Below, in pieces: positions 1 to 8,174 of a DNA stretch of 37,097 bases. The notes under the pieces were generated by a model, which made no database searches, had not been told where the DNA came from, and worked only from the letters and a program-made list of their open reading frames with translations. The position numbers were made by a program, and so were the translations under genes. Within the stretch, counting starts at the first letter, position 1. Each line of letters starts with the position of its first letter. The stretch comes from a candidate division BRC1 bacterium ADurb.BinA292 (lineage in GTDB: Bacteria; Sumerlaeota; Sumerlaeia; MVZB01), in assembly GCA_002068205.1 (NCBI GenBank), contig MVZB01000002.1, forward strand, positions 1 through 37,097, read 5' to 3'.

Positions 1-152
1 CCCTCGGCACGCTGCCCGCCAGCATCGCCAGCCTGCTCTACCTGGGCGAAGCGCGGCGTACCGAGCGCGAGATGCTCGCGCGCCGCCGCCGGGAGAAGGA
101 AGCCGCCCGCGAGCAGGCCCGCAAGCAGTTGGAACACGACCAGGGCTGGTAA
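1..152 (+). CDS. 3' end of an unidentified CDS (partial, enters from upstream of the window)
   Basis: Frame 3 is open from the window edge: LGTLPASIASLLYLGEARRTEREMLARRRREKEAAREQARKQLEHDQGW, then TAA at 150-152. Third codon positions are G/C-rich. Too short to assign a family. Confidence 0.35.
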   Translation, partial: LGTLPASIASLLYLGEARRTEREMLARRRREKEAAREQARKQLEHDQGW

Positions 153-262
153 CCCCGGCCCGACGGATGCCGGAGCTTCCGCAAGTCAGGGAAGAATTGT
201 CATTGCCGCGCGGTTCGGGCAGAATTCGCGGGCAAGTCAATTCCAGAACAGAAAGCACGCGC

Positions 263-910
263 ATGCAGAATCAGGCGTTGGAGCAGATCGAGCGGACCGG
301 CCTGGTCCCCGTCATCGCGATGGAAGACCCCGAGCTGGCCGTGCCGCTGGCGCGGGCGCTGGCCGAGGGGGAGATCCCGGTGATCGAGCTGACGTTCCGC
401 ACCAGCGCCGCGGCCGACGCGATCGCGCGAATTCGCCGGGAGTGTCCCGACGTGCTGGCCGGCGCCGGAACCGTCCGCACGCCGGACCAGGTGCGGCAGG
501 CGCACCAGGCGGGCGCGCGGTTCATCGTCGCGCCCGGCTTCAACCCGGACGTGGCGCAAGCCTGTGCCGCGCTGCAACTCCCGTTCGTGCCGGGGGTGGT
601 CACGCCGACCGAGATCGACCGCGCCCTGCTGGCGGGGTGTCAGGTGCTCAAGTTCTTTCCGGCCGAGCCCTCTGGCGGCATCGAGATGCTCAAGGCGCTG
701 GCGGCGCCGTTCCGCCACACCGGGGTCAAGTTCCTGCCGACCGGCGGGATCCGCGAGGACAATTTCGCGGCCTACCTGGCGCTGGACATCGTAACGGCCG
801 TCGGCGGGACATGGATCGCCCCGGCCGGCGCAATCGCCCGGCAGGAGTGGGCCTCGATTACCAAGCTCTGCCGCCAGGCGCGGGAGATCGCGCGCACGGC
901 GCGCGGCTGA
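263..910 (+). CDS. eda: 2-dehydro-3-deoxyphosphogluconate / 4-hydroxy-2-oxoglutarate aldolase (KDPG aldolase)
   Basis: ORF 167-910; the probable start is ATG 263 (MQNQALEQIERTGLVPVI). It aligns by eye to E. coli Eda: IELTFRT (Glu45 region), GAGTV, FIVAPG, LKFFPAE (Schiff-base Lys region) and KFLPTGGI. Confidence 0.9.
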   Translation: MQNQALEQIERTGLVPVIAMEDPELAVPLARALAEGEIPVIELTFRTSAAADAIARIRRECPDVLAGAGTVRTPDQVRQAHQAGARFIVAPGFNPDVAQACAALQLPFVPGVVTPTEIDRALLAGCQVLKFFPAEPSGGIEMLKALAAPFRHTGVKFLPTGGIREDNFAAYLALDIVTAVGGTWIAPAGAIARQEWASITKLCRQAREIARTARG

Positions 911-935
911 CGCTCCCCTCGCCGCGCCGCGCGGG

Positions 936-1442
936 TCAGTCCGGCTTGTGCGCCGGCGGCTGTGCCCTCAGATGCAGCACGCGCAGCTTGAAGAACTGCA
1001 CCACCGTCAGAATGATGAACGCCAGGATCGTGGTCAGCAGCGCCACGCCGTAGAGACCCGCGCCGCAGATCGTGCCCAGCGCCCCCACCACCCAGATGCC
1101 CGCCGCCGTGGTGACCCCTTCGACGCGATGGCGCGACTGGATGATCGTGCCGGCGCCGAGGAACCCCAATCCGCCGGCGATGCCGGCCACCGTGCGGACC
1201 GGATCGTACGCGAACCCGGTCGTCTGCCGGCTGACTTCGACCGTCAACACCATAAACGCCGCGGCCCCCAGCGCCACCATCATGTGCGTGCGCAGACCGG
1301 CCGGCTTGTCCTCGCGTTCGCGGTCCCAGCCGATGATGCCGCCGCAGAGCGCCGCCATCGACAGCCGCAGGATGACATCCAGTGGCCGCGACTCGAAATT
1401 GAGCCATTGCACCAGTTGCTCACCCAACTGCCCGACGTCCAT
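936..1442 (-). CDS. mgtC: MgtC/SapB family membrane protein
   Basis: ORF 936-1496. The internal ATG at 1442 is preceded by GGGGGAG. MgtC-type hydrophobic core is present: AALCGGIIGWDRE, GLRTHMMVALGAAAF, GAGTII, TTAAGIWVVGALG. Confidence 0.8.
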   Translation of the reverse strand: MDVGQLGEQLVQWLNFESRPLDVILRLSMAALCGGIIGWDREREDKPAGLRTHMMVALGAAAFMVLTVEVSRQTTGFAYDPVRTVAGIAGGLGFLGAGTIIQSRHRVEGVTTAAGIWVVGALGTICGAGLYGVALLTTILAFIILTVVQFFKLRVLHLRAQPPAHKPD

Positions 1443-1554
1443 GGTCGTCTCCCCCCTGCGGTGATTTGCGCCAAGTGGCCGCGGCCTTGGCTGCATGCAT
1501 CATAACTCAGGCGACGTGACCGGTGAATTCCCCCCGGAGCGGGACCGCCGCCGC

Positions 1555-2922
1555 TCAGTCGGCAAGCTGGCGCGCCATGCTCCGCAGCCCTTCGCCGTAG
1601 GTGGGGTGGATCGCCACCATGTCGGCCAGCACGCGCCATGTCGCCTTGCATTCGATCAGGCCGAGGAACAGATGGACGAGTTCGCCGGCCTCATGGCCGA
1701 CCAGCGTGGCGCCCAGGATCCGGTCCGACTCCTCATCGATCACCATCTCGAAAAAGCCCTCGTGGTGGCACCATTCGGCCGCGCGGGCGATCTCGCGGAT
1801 CGGTTTGCCAACGCACCGCGCGCGATAGCCCGCCGCCTGGGCCTGCTTCATCGACAGCCCGGCGCGGCCCATCTGCGGCTCGGTGAACGTGCAGTAGCCG
1901 AGCGCCCGATCCGCCCGCGTCCGTTTGCCCCCCTCCAGCGTATCCAGAATGCGCAAGTGGTCCTCCCAGGCGGCATGGGTAAACGGCGGCTGCCCCGCCA
2001 CTTCCCCGGCGGCAAACACCCCCTTGCACGTCGTCCTGAGCCGCTCATCGACCTGGATGAATCCCTCATCCGTCAGTTCGATGCCGGACCTGGCGCACTG
2101 GAGTGCCGCGGAATTGGGCCGGCGGCCGACGGCCACCAGCAGCGCGTCGCCCTCCAGCCGCGTCCCGCCGGCCAGCTTCAGGTGAAATGCCGCTCCGTCG
2201 TACTGCACTTCGCTCACTTCCACCTCCAGATGGACCTTGATCCCTTCGTTCTCGAAAGCATGCACAAAGCACTCGCTGACGCGCGCATCCTCCTTGTGCA
2301 GCAGGCAGTCCCCGCGTTCCAGAATGTGCACTTCGCTCCCCAGCCGGCTCATCCCCTGTCCCAGTTCCAGGCCGACATAGCCGCCGCCCAGAACAATCAG
2401 GCAACGGGGTTGCTCGCGCAGATCGAAGAAGTTCATGTTCGTCAGGAAGGGCGTGCCCTCCAGACCGGGGATGGCGGGGATCCGGGGGGCGGAGCCGGTA
2501 TCGATGACAATCAGCGGAGCCTCGGCGGTTTCGGTTCCGGCGGCAGTCTGGGCCTCGACGCGGCGTTCGCCGGCGAACCGCGCCACGCCCTCAATCAGCT
2601 CGATGCCGCTGTTCTTGAAATTGCGCCCGACCCCTTCGTTCCACTCCGCACGCACGTCGCGCACCCGCTTCATGACCTCGGCGAACTCCACACGAACGTC
2701 GGCGTGAACGCCCAGTTCGCGGGCCGAGCGGACGCTCTGCGCCCGGTGCGCCGCCGCCAGAAAGGCCTTGGACGGCGTGCAGCCGTAATTGACGCAGCTT
2801 CCCCCGAGGGCGCCCTTCTCGAACAGAATGACCTTCTTGCCCGTTCGGTCCCATTTCAGCGCCAGGGGGACGCCGGCCTGGCCGCTGCCGATGATGATCG
2901 CGTCGGCCTTCCGCGTGGCCAT
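1555..2922 (-). CDS. Class I FAD-dependent pyridine nucleotide-disulfide oxidoreductase (Lpd/GR-like)
   Basis: N-terminal IIGSGQAG FAD fold, redox-active disulfide GGSCVNYGCTPSK, second dinucleotide fold VLGGGYVGLE, and C-terminal HPTYGE His-Glu dyad. The substrate cannot be read from the sequence. Confidence 0.88.
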   Translation of the reverse strand: MATRKADAIIIGSGQAGVPLALKWDRTGKKVILFEKGALGGSCVNYGCTPSKAFLAAAHRAQSVRSARELGVHADVRVEFAEVMKRVRDVRAEWNEGVGRNFKNSGIELIEGVARFAGERRVEAQTAAGTETAEAPLIVIDTGSAPRIPAIPGLEGTPFLTNMNFFDLREQPRCLIVLGGGYVGLELGQGMSRLGSEVHILERGDCLLHKEDARVSECFVHAFENEGIKVHLEVEVSEVQYDGAAFHLKLAGGTRLEGDALLVAVGRRPNSAALQCARSGIELTDEGFIQVDERLRTTCKGVFAAGEVAGQPPFTHAAWEDHLRILDTLEGGKRTRADRALGYCTFTEPQMGRAGLSMKQAQAAGYRARCVGKPIREIARAAEWCHHEGFFEMVIDEESDRILGATLVGHEAGELVHLFLGLIECKATWRVLADMVAIHPTYGEGLRSMARQLAD

Positions 2923-3065
2923 GAGTATGGGTCCTTAAGGGGGGGATGGAACGGGACGGCGCGCCCGTGAATCGCGTCCCCCAGTCGGAAAGCCAACGGC
3001 GTGCCATCGCGGTCGGCGGGCGCGGGGCCGTCAAGGATCGCCCACTCGGTGGTTAATAGACGGTT

Positions 3066-3620
3066 TTACGGTGCCGGCTCAATCCGCACATCGCTGTCGA
3101 CAAGGTCAATCCGGCCGGCGCCGCTCAGCAGAACCGGCCCGACCTGATCGCGCGCGGTCAGGCCCGTTCCCCACAGGTGCCCGCCGGGCGGGGCGCCGCC
3201 CACGCGCAGTTCGCCGATGTGTTGCAGCGTCGTCCGGGTGGTGCCCCAGTCGCCGTCGAGCAGCAGCAGGTCGGCCGGCGCGGAGGGCGCGTCGTCGGTT
3301 CCGGGTGTCCCCCCCAGCGTGGAATCGATCGTCAGCAGGGCGCCGCCGCGCCAGCGGATGACCCGGTCGCCGGCGGCCTCGCCGACCAGTTCCACGACGC
3401 TGTCGTTCACTTCCAGCCGGCCGCCCTCTTCCAGGATCAGATCACCGTGAATCACGACATGCTGGGCGTTCCATGTCCGTTCGCCGTCGACGTGCAGATT
3501 GCCGCGGATGATGGTTTTGGGCAGCGGCCGCTCCAGGCGCGGCGCGGCGGTCTGGGCGGCGATCACGCCGGCCAGCGCCAGGCCCGCCGTCAGCGTCGCG
3601 AACAGAAGGTTGCGGTTCAT
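3066..3620 (-). CDS. Exported or membrane-anchored hypothetical protein
   Basis: ORF 3066-3632. ATG at 3620 gives the signal-like N-terminus MNRNLLFATLTAGLALAGVIAAQTA. G/C-rich third positions. No recognisable family. Confidence 0.55.
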   Translation of the reverse strand: MNRNLLFATLTAGLALAGVIAAQTAAPRLERPLPKTIIRGNLHVDGERTWNAQHVVIHGDLILEEGGRLEVNDSVVELVGEAAGDRVIRWRGGALLTIDSTLGGTPGTDDAPSAPADLLLLDGDWGTTRTTLQHIGELRVGGAPPGGHLWGTGLTARDQVGPVLLSGAGRIDLVDSDVRIEPAP

Positions 3621-3736
3621 CGTTGCCGGCAAGTTCGCCTCCCTTGCGCCGATGCGAGCAAATCTCCTGCCGGTTGCAGCGGGGATGATGGATCCAACCG
3701 AGCCGCCGGCCGGTCACCTCGGCCCCGCCCCCGCCT

Positions 3737-3765
3737 TTGCAAAGACCCCGGCGCCATGCTAGGCT
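3737..3765 (+). promoter_or_regulatory. Candidate sigma70-type promoter for the dapF-like gene
   Basis: TTGCAA (3737-3742), 17-nt spacer, TAGGCT (3760-3765), about 85 nt upstream of ATG 3851. Motif match only. Confidence 0.3.
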
Positions 3766-3850
3766 GCGCCTGTTTGGGGAGTCTCCGGCCGCCTCCAGCA
3801 TGCCCTCTCGCGTCCCCATCCGTAAACCCTGGCCTTGGAACCGGTCCGTC

Positions 3851-4699
3851 ATGCGTTTTCACAAGTATCACGCCCTGGGCAACGATTATCTGGTCATGGA
3901 CCCCGCCGACGGGATCGAGCGGCTCGAGCCGACCGCGGTGCGCAAGATCTGCCATCGCAACTACGGCGTCGGCTCCGACGGCATCCTGCACGGGCCGCTG
4001 GCGACGAACAAGGGCGATTTCGGCCTGCGCATCTGGAATCCCGACGGCAGCGAGGCGGAGAAGAGCGGCAACGGCTTGCGGATTTTTTCGCGCTTTCTGC
4101 TCGACAGCGGCCGCGTGCAACCCGGTCGCCCGTTTACGGTGGATACCCCGGGCGGCCGGGTCCGCTGCGAGGTGAACGCCGGCGGCGCGAGGGTGACGGT
4201 CGAAATGGGCCGGGTCAGCTTCGACGCCGCGCAAATTCCCGTCAGCGGCGTCGCCGGCGAAGTCCTCGGCCAGCAACTGACCGCCGGGGAGATGATTGTC
4301 ACCTACAACGCCGCCACGATCGGCAATCCGCATTGCGTCGTCGTCCGCGACGAGGTCAGCGCGGAGGAGGCCCGCGCACTGGGGCCCCAGCTGGAGAACC
4401 ACCCCATTTTTCCCAATCGGACGAACGTCCAGTTCCTGCAGGTGCTCGACCGCAATAACATCCGCATCGAGATCTGGGAGCGGGGGGCCGGCTACACGCT
4501 CGCCTCGGGCAGCAGCTCCAGCGCGGCGGCCGCCGTCGCGCACCGGCTGGGGCTGTGCGACCGCGACATCACTGTCCACATGCCGGGGGGGAATCTGCGC
4601 ATTCAGATCGCCGAGGATTACGCGATCACGATGACCGGCCCCGTCACGCGGGTGGCCGCCGGCGAGATCGACGACGAGCTGTTCACGGTCGAGATCTGA
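3851..4699 (+). CDS. dapF: Diaminopimelate epimerase family protein (DapF-like; both catalytic Cys positions are Ser)
   Basis: ORF 3737-4699; the probable start is ATG 3851 (MRFHKYHALGNDYLVMDP). Collinear with E. coli DapF over its full length (GNDY, NPDGSE..GNG, GNPHCVV, ERGAG, MTGPV). The positions equivalent to Cys73 and Cys217 are Ser (AGC 4064-4066, TCG 4505-4507). Confidence 0.85.
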   Translation: MRFHKYHALGNDYLVMDPADGIERLEPTAVRKICHRNYGVGSDGILHGPLATNKGDFGLRIWNPDGSEAEKSGNGLRIFSRFLLDSGRVQPGRPFTVDTPGGRVRCEVNAGGARVTVEMGRVSFDAAQIPVSGVAGEVLGQQLTAGEMIVTYNAATIGNPHCVVVRDEVSAEEARALGPQLENHPIFPNRTNVQFLQVLDRNNIRIEIWERGAGYTLASGSSSSAAAAVAHRLGLCDRDITVHMPGGNLRIQIAEDYAITMTGPVTRVAAGEIDDELFTVEI

Positions 4700-4723
4700 C
4701 GCAATCCGGAGCCGGAGGCGGCC

Positions 4724-5434
4724 ATGGCCAAACAGCGCAATCCCCTGATCACGGTTGATGGCCGGCGCTGGCGTCGCATCCCGATCCGCACCCACCGCGT
4801 CACGCGCGAGGACGACATCGTCGAGCTGTGCGACCGCTACTCGCGCGAGCTGCGTCAGGCGGGCGACATCCTGTTCGTCAGCGAGAAGGTCGTGGCAGTG
4901 ACGCAGGGCCGGGCAATCCCGGTCAGCGAAATCCGGATCGGACTGCTGGCGCGGCTGCTGTGGCGCTGCGTGCGCAAGGTGCCCTACGGCGTCGGCCTGC
5001 GCTCGCCCGAAACGATGCAGTGCGCGATCAATGAATGCGGGGCGGCGCGGATTCTGGCGGCGGCGGCGATCGGCGGGCTGACCCGCGCCTTCGGCCGCCG
5101 CGGCGATTTTTACCGCATCGCCGGCATGCAGGCCGCCACGATCGACGCCGCCGGCACCAGTCCGCTGCAGTCGGACTGCGTGATCCTGGGGCCGAAGGAT
5201 CCCGACGACGTCGCGCGCCGGCTGCGCGCGCGGACCGGGCTGGCTGCGGCCGTCGTCGACGTCAACGATATCGGCGGCTCATGGGTGCTCGGTTCGGACG
5301 GCATCGCCGACCCGCGCCTGATCGAAGCCATCCTCAAGGACAATCCGCTGGGGCAGAAGGACGAGCAGACGCCGTTCGGCCTGATCCGCGCCGAAGCGGC
5401 GGAGGCCGCCCCGCCGGCCGGGCCGGGCGGCTGA
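4724..5434 (+). CDS. CofE-like (F420-0:gamma-glutamyl ligase superfamily) protein
   Basis: GDILFVSEKVVAVTQGRAI resembles the CofE GDIlVIa.KIVSKAEGR segment, and ILGPKDPDDVARRLRARTGLAAAVVDVNDIGG resembles the LLP.DPD.SA..iR....G..vaVII.DT.GR segment. It starts 25 bp after the dapF-like stop. The family call is from memory of the motifs. Confidence 0.65.
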   Translation: MAKQRNPLITVDGRRWRRIPIRTHRVTREDDIVELCDRYSRELRQAGDILFVSEKVVAVTQGRAIPVSEIRIGLLARLLWRCVRKVPYGVGLRSPETMQCAINECGAARILAAAAIGGLTRAFGRRGDFYRIAGMQAATIDAAGTSPLQSDCVILGPKDPDDVARRLRARTGLAAAVVDVNDIGGSWVLGSDGIADPRLIEAILKDNPLGQKDEQTPFGLIRAEAAEAAPPAGPGG

Positions 5435-5436
5435 CT

Positions 5437-6372
5437 TCAGCCTTCGCTCGCCCGCACCTGGGCCAGCACCCCCTGGAAGACGGGCGATTCCTCCACATCC
5501 GCGCACAGCTCATTGACCAGGTCGCCCAGCGGCGCGCTGCCGATCACGGCCCGCGTGACGGCTTCCTCCTGGTGCGCCTTGAGCCAGTCCTCCACGGCGT
5601 CGCGGAAACTCTTGCCCAGAAACAGGTCGCCATCCATCGGCGCGGCGCCGTTCAGCCGGCCGATCACCGCGTCGAGCGGGGCGGGCAGCAGGCCCACGAA
5701 CCGGGCGCCGATGCGGTAGGCGCCGGGGATCTGCGTCAGCGTGCAGGCGATCGACCGCACGAGGACCTGCACCGGCGCGTTCTGGCCTGGGATGTGAAAG
5801 ACCAGCTTGATGATCGCCGGAACCGGCATGAGCTGGCGGACGAGGAGCGAGATGCCGTCGCGGCTGACATCGCGCACCAGTGCCGCCACGGCATGCCCCT
5901 CGCTGTCGTTGAACGGGTTGATCACGTGGCAGGTGGTTTGCAGAACAAGGGAAAACCGGCTGTGTTCGCGGCGATTGACCGGGCTCCGCTGGACGCGCAG
6001 CAGCCGCTCGACGAGGGCGTTGAGTTCATCGGCCAGGACCGGTTTGCCCAGATAGGCGATGGCGCGGCTGCGCGTCATGTCGCGCATGTGATCGAGCTGC
6101 TCGCGCGAGACGAGCAGAATGAACCGGCACTGCTGCGCGCGGCGGCGCACGGCGCTGATCACGCGCAGGTCGCGCACGCTGTCGCCCGATGAGTCCATGA
6201 CGACCAGGTCCGGCGCGGCCTCGATCAGGCCGGGGAGCAGACCGCCGTCGGCGAGCAGCCCGATGAACTCGGCGCCGAAAACCTCGAGCCGCTCTTCGAC
6301 CTCGCGGATCACCTCGGCGTCGTCGCTGACGGCGACGATCCGGTGGCGGGCTGTGGACAGGGTTGAGGGCAC
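5437..6372 (-). CDS. Response-regulator receiver domain protein with a PilZ (c-di-GMP-binding) output domain
   Basis: GTG start at 6372. The REC signature is intact: SDD acidic pair, DLVVMD phospho-acceptor, ILLVS, YLGKP. It is followed by canonical PilZ motifs RREHSR (RxxxR) and DVSRDG (DxSxxG), then about 70 aa of unassigned C-terminal sequence. Confidence 0.8.
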   Translation of the reverse strand: MPSTLSTARHRIVAVSDDAEVIREVEERLEVFGAEFIGLLADGGLLPGLIEAAPDLVVMDSSGDSVRDLRVISAVRRRAQQCRFILLVSREQLDHMRDMTRSRAIAYLGKPVLADELNALVERLLRVQRSPVNRREHSRFSLVLQTTCHVINPFNDSEGHAVAALVRDVSRDGISLLVRQLMPVPAIIKLVFHIPGQNAPVQVLVRSIACTLTQIPGAYRIGARFVGLLPAPLDAVIGRLNGAAPMDGDLFLGKSFRDAVEDWLKAHQEEAVTRAVIGSAPLGDLVNELCADVEESPVFQGVLAQVRASEG

Positions 6373-6612
6373 GCAAACCCCATAAACACGGATTCTCCTC
6401 CCGGCGCCGGATCGGCGCGAGAGGGCTCATGATCGTTCTATCGGCCGGATTCCCCTCCGCTTGAGGCCCGGGACCGGAACCGGACAGGCCCCCCGGCGAA
6501 TCGAATTTTGACTCCCGCTAAAGCCGCGGGCCCTGACTCACGAAAAGAAACAGGGAACGCGAGACGTTTTGGGAGACTTTCTGCGGGCGACGTCCCAGAA
6601 GGGTGCATCCAC

Positions 6613-7632
6613 TTGATCGAAGTACTGGACATCAACGGCGGCGCCAACGGCCCGGAATGCCGTGTGCGGCTGATCTGCCATTGCGGCGCGCCGCGCCTGG
6701 CGATCTATAGCAAAGTCACGGACCGCATCATCTATTGCGCCAACTGCGGCAGCATCACGACGCTGACGCGTCTGCGCCGCGAGTGGGCCGACGACCCGGC
6801 GGCCCGCGGCGAATGGCAGTTGATTAACGTCAGGGAAGGGGACGAATGCCCGCTGGTCAATGTGTTCGTTCCCGTCCGGCTCGTCTTCGACGTGGGGGAC
6901 CGAAAAGGCTGCGAATCGCAGGGGGTGTTGACCAAGTTGTCGATCAACAAGGCCTTCCTGCGTCTGAAGGAATACGAGGAGGGGGACCCGCAGGCGCCGC
7001 CGTCGCTCGCCAAGGGGCAATACCTGCGCTTGGAAGGCAACGACGGCCCGATGAAGGGGCGCACGCTGGCGTGCATCGAGGATCACGTGACGCCGCCGAC
7101 GCCCGACAGCCCGGTTTACTACAAGCTGCGGTTTGAGTTGCTCATGCCGCGGCGGCGGGAAGAGCTGGAGAAATTTTACCGCGAGGCGTGCGGCCTGACG
7201 ACGCGGGCCGACGGCACGCCCCGCGTCCAGTCGAACGGACGCGCCCGGCGCAAGGTGGAACTGCGCCCGCCCGACACCGAACCGGAACTGGATCTTGAAG
7301 AAGCGCACACGCCGCGGACGCCGGAATCGTCGCCCGGCGAGCCGGCGCCGCCGGAGGAGTCGCGCCTGCTGGTTTTCGGGCGCGGGCTGAACGGCGCAAC
7401 TCCGAATGGCGCAGTCCAGAACGGCGCCGCGGCCAACGGCGTTCTCCCCGGCGCGGCGGGTTCGCCAACGCAACAAACGACACACTGGGCGACGATGATC
7501 CGGCGCCGAGGTATGCGCCGCGGCCGGCACCGGCCCAGACACCGGTCCGCCCGGTCGCCGCCGAGCCGCGCGTGGAAACGACCGCGCCGATTGCCGCCGC
7601 CTCACTCGAGGACGACTCGATCCGGCTGTTGA
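6613..7632 (+). CDS. Zn-ribbon plus degenerate PilZ-like domain protein; the 3' end is probably out of frame (see findings)
   Basis: The track ORF is 6508-7632 (TTG). I prefer the in-frame TTG at 6613, which has GAAGGG about 10 nt upstream. CxC...CxxC pattern (ICHCGAP...YCANCG), then a PilZ-like beta-barrel segment (VRLVFDV...GVLTKLSINKAFLRL...YYKLRFELL) without RxxxR or DxSxxG. The last ~55 codons (TQQTTHWATMIRRRGMRRGRHRPRHRS...) look like out-of-frame Arg-rich translation. Confidence 0.55.
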   Translation: MIEVLDINGGANGPECRVRLICHCGAPRLAIYSKVTDRIIYCANCGSITTLTRLRREWADDPAARGEWQLINVREGDECPLVNVFVPVRLVFDVGDRKGCESQGVLTKLSINKAFLRLKEYEEGDPQAPPSLAKGQYLRLEGNDGPMKGRTLACIEDHVTPPTPDSPVYYKLRFELLMPRRREELEKFYREACGLTTRADGTPRVQSNGRARRKVELRPPDTEPELDLEEAHTPRTPESSPGEPAPPEESRLLVFGRGLNGATPNGAVQNGAAANGVLPGAAGSPTQQTTHWATMIRRRGMRRGRHRPRHRSARSPPSRAWKRPRRLPPPHSRTTRSGC

Positions 7633-8174
7633 TCCTGACGTCGGAAACCCACGACCAGAACATTTCGAACCATCTCAAACGGATCTCGTCCTACAGCGCG
7701 GCGATCGCCCGCGAACTGAACTGGTCCGACGAGGCCGCGGCCCGCCTGGCGACCGCCTCCAAGCTGCACGATCTGGGCAAAATCGGCGTCCCCGACCAGA
7801 TCCTGAAAAAGACCGGCGCGCTGACCGAGGAAGAGCGCACGACGATGCAGCAGCACACGCGGCTGGGCTACCACATTCTGGAGAACAGCGCGTCGGAAAT
7901 CATGCGGCTGGGCGCGGTGATCGCGCTGCGCCATCACGAGCGCTACGACGGAACGGGTTACCCCGACGGGCTCGTGGGCGACGCCATCCCGATCGAGGCG
8001 CAGATCGTCTCGATCGCCGACGTCTTCGACGCGCTGACCACGGCGCGCCCCTATAAACCCGCCTGGCCCACGGATAAGACGGTGCAATACATCGTCGACC
8101 AGGCCGGCAAGATGTTCAATCCGCAGGTCGTTGATGCGTTCCTCAAGGCGATGCCGGAGATCAAACGCAACTAG
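7572..8174 (+). CDS. HD-GYP domain c-di-GMP phosphodiesterase
   Basis: KLHDLGKIGVP (HD) and HHERYDGTGYPDGL (GYP), plus IADVFDALTTARPYK. The GTG at 7572 is the first start codon in this frame. The same frame also reads protein-like (PAPRYAPRPAPAQTPVRPVAAEPR) upstream of it. Confidence 0.85.
   Translation: METTAPIAAASLEDDSIRLLILTSETHDQNISNHLKRISSYSAAIARELNWSDEAAARLATASKLHDLGKIGVPDQILKKTGALTEEERTTMQQHTRLGYHILENSASEIMRLGAVIALRHHERYDGTGYPDGLVGDAIPIEAQIVSIADVFDALTTARPYKPAWPTDKTVQYIVDQAGKMFNPQVVDAFLKAMPEIKRN

Noticed and set aside
1555-2922. Mercuric reductase (MerA) identity for the flavoprotein disulfide reductase
   Set aside because: There is no N-terminal HMA domain, no C-terminal Cys-Cys pair and no mer operon context. 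Only the generic class I signature is supported.
6508-6612. TTG at 6508 as the start of the Zn-ribbon/PilZ-like ORF
   Set aside because: This TTG is part of a TTGACT hexamer in the divergent promoter region. The first 35 codons (TPAKAAGPDSRKETGNARRFGRLSAGD...) look non-coding. The in-frame TTG at 6613 with an upstream GAAGGG is more plausible, though unproven.
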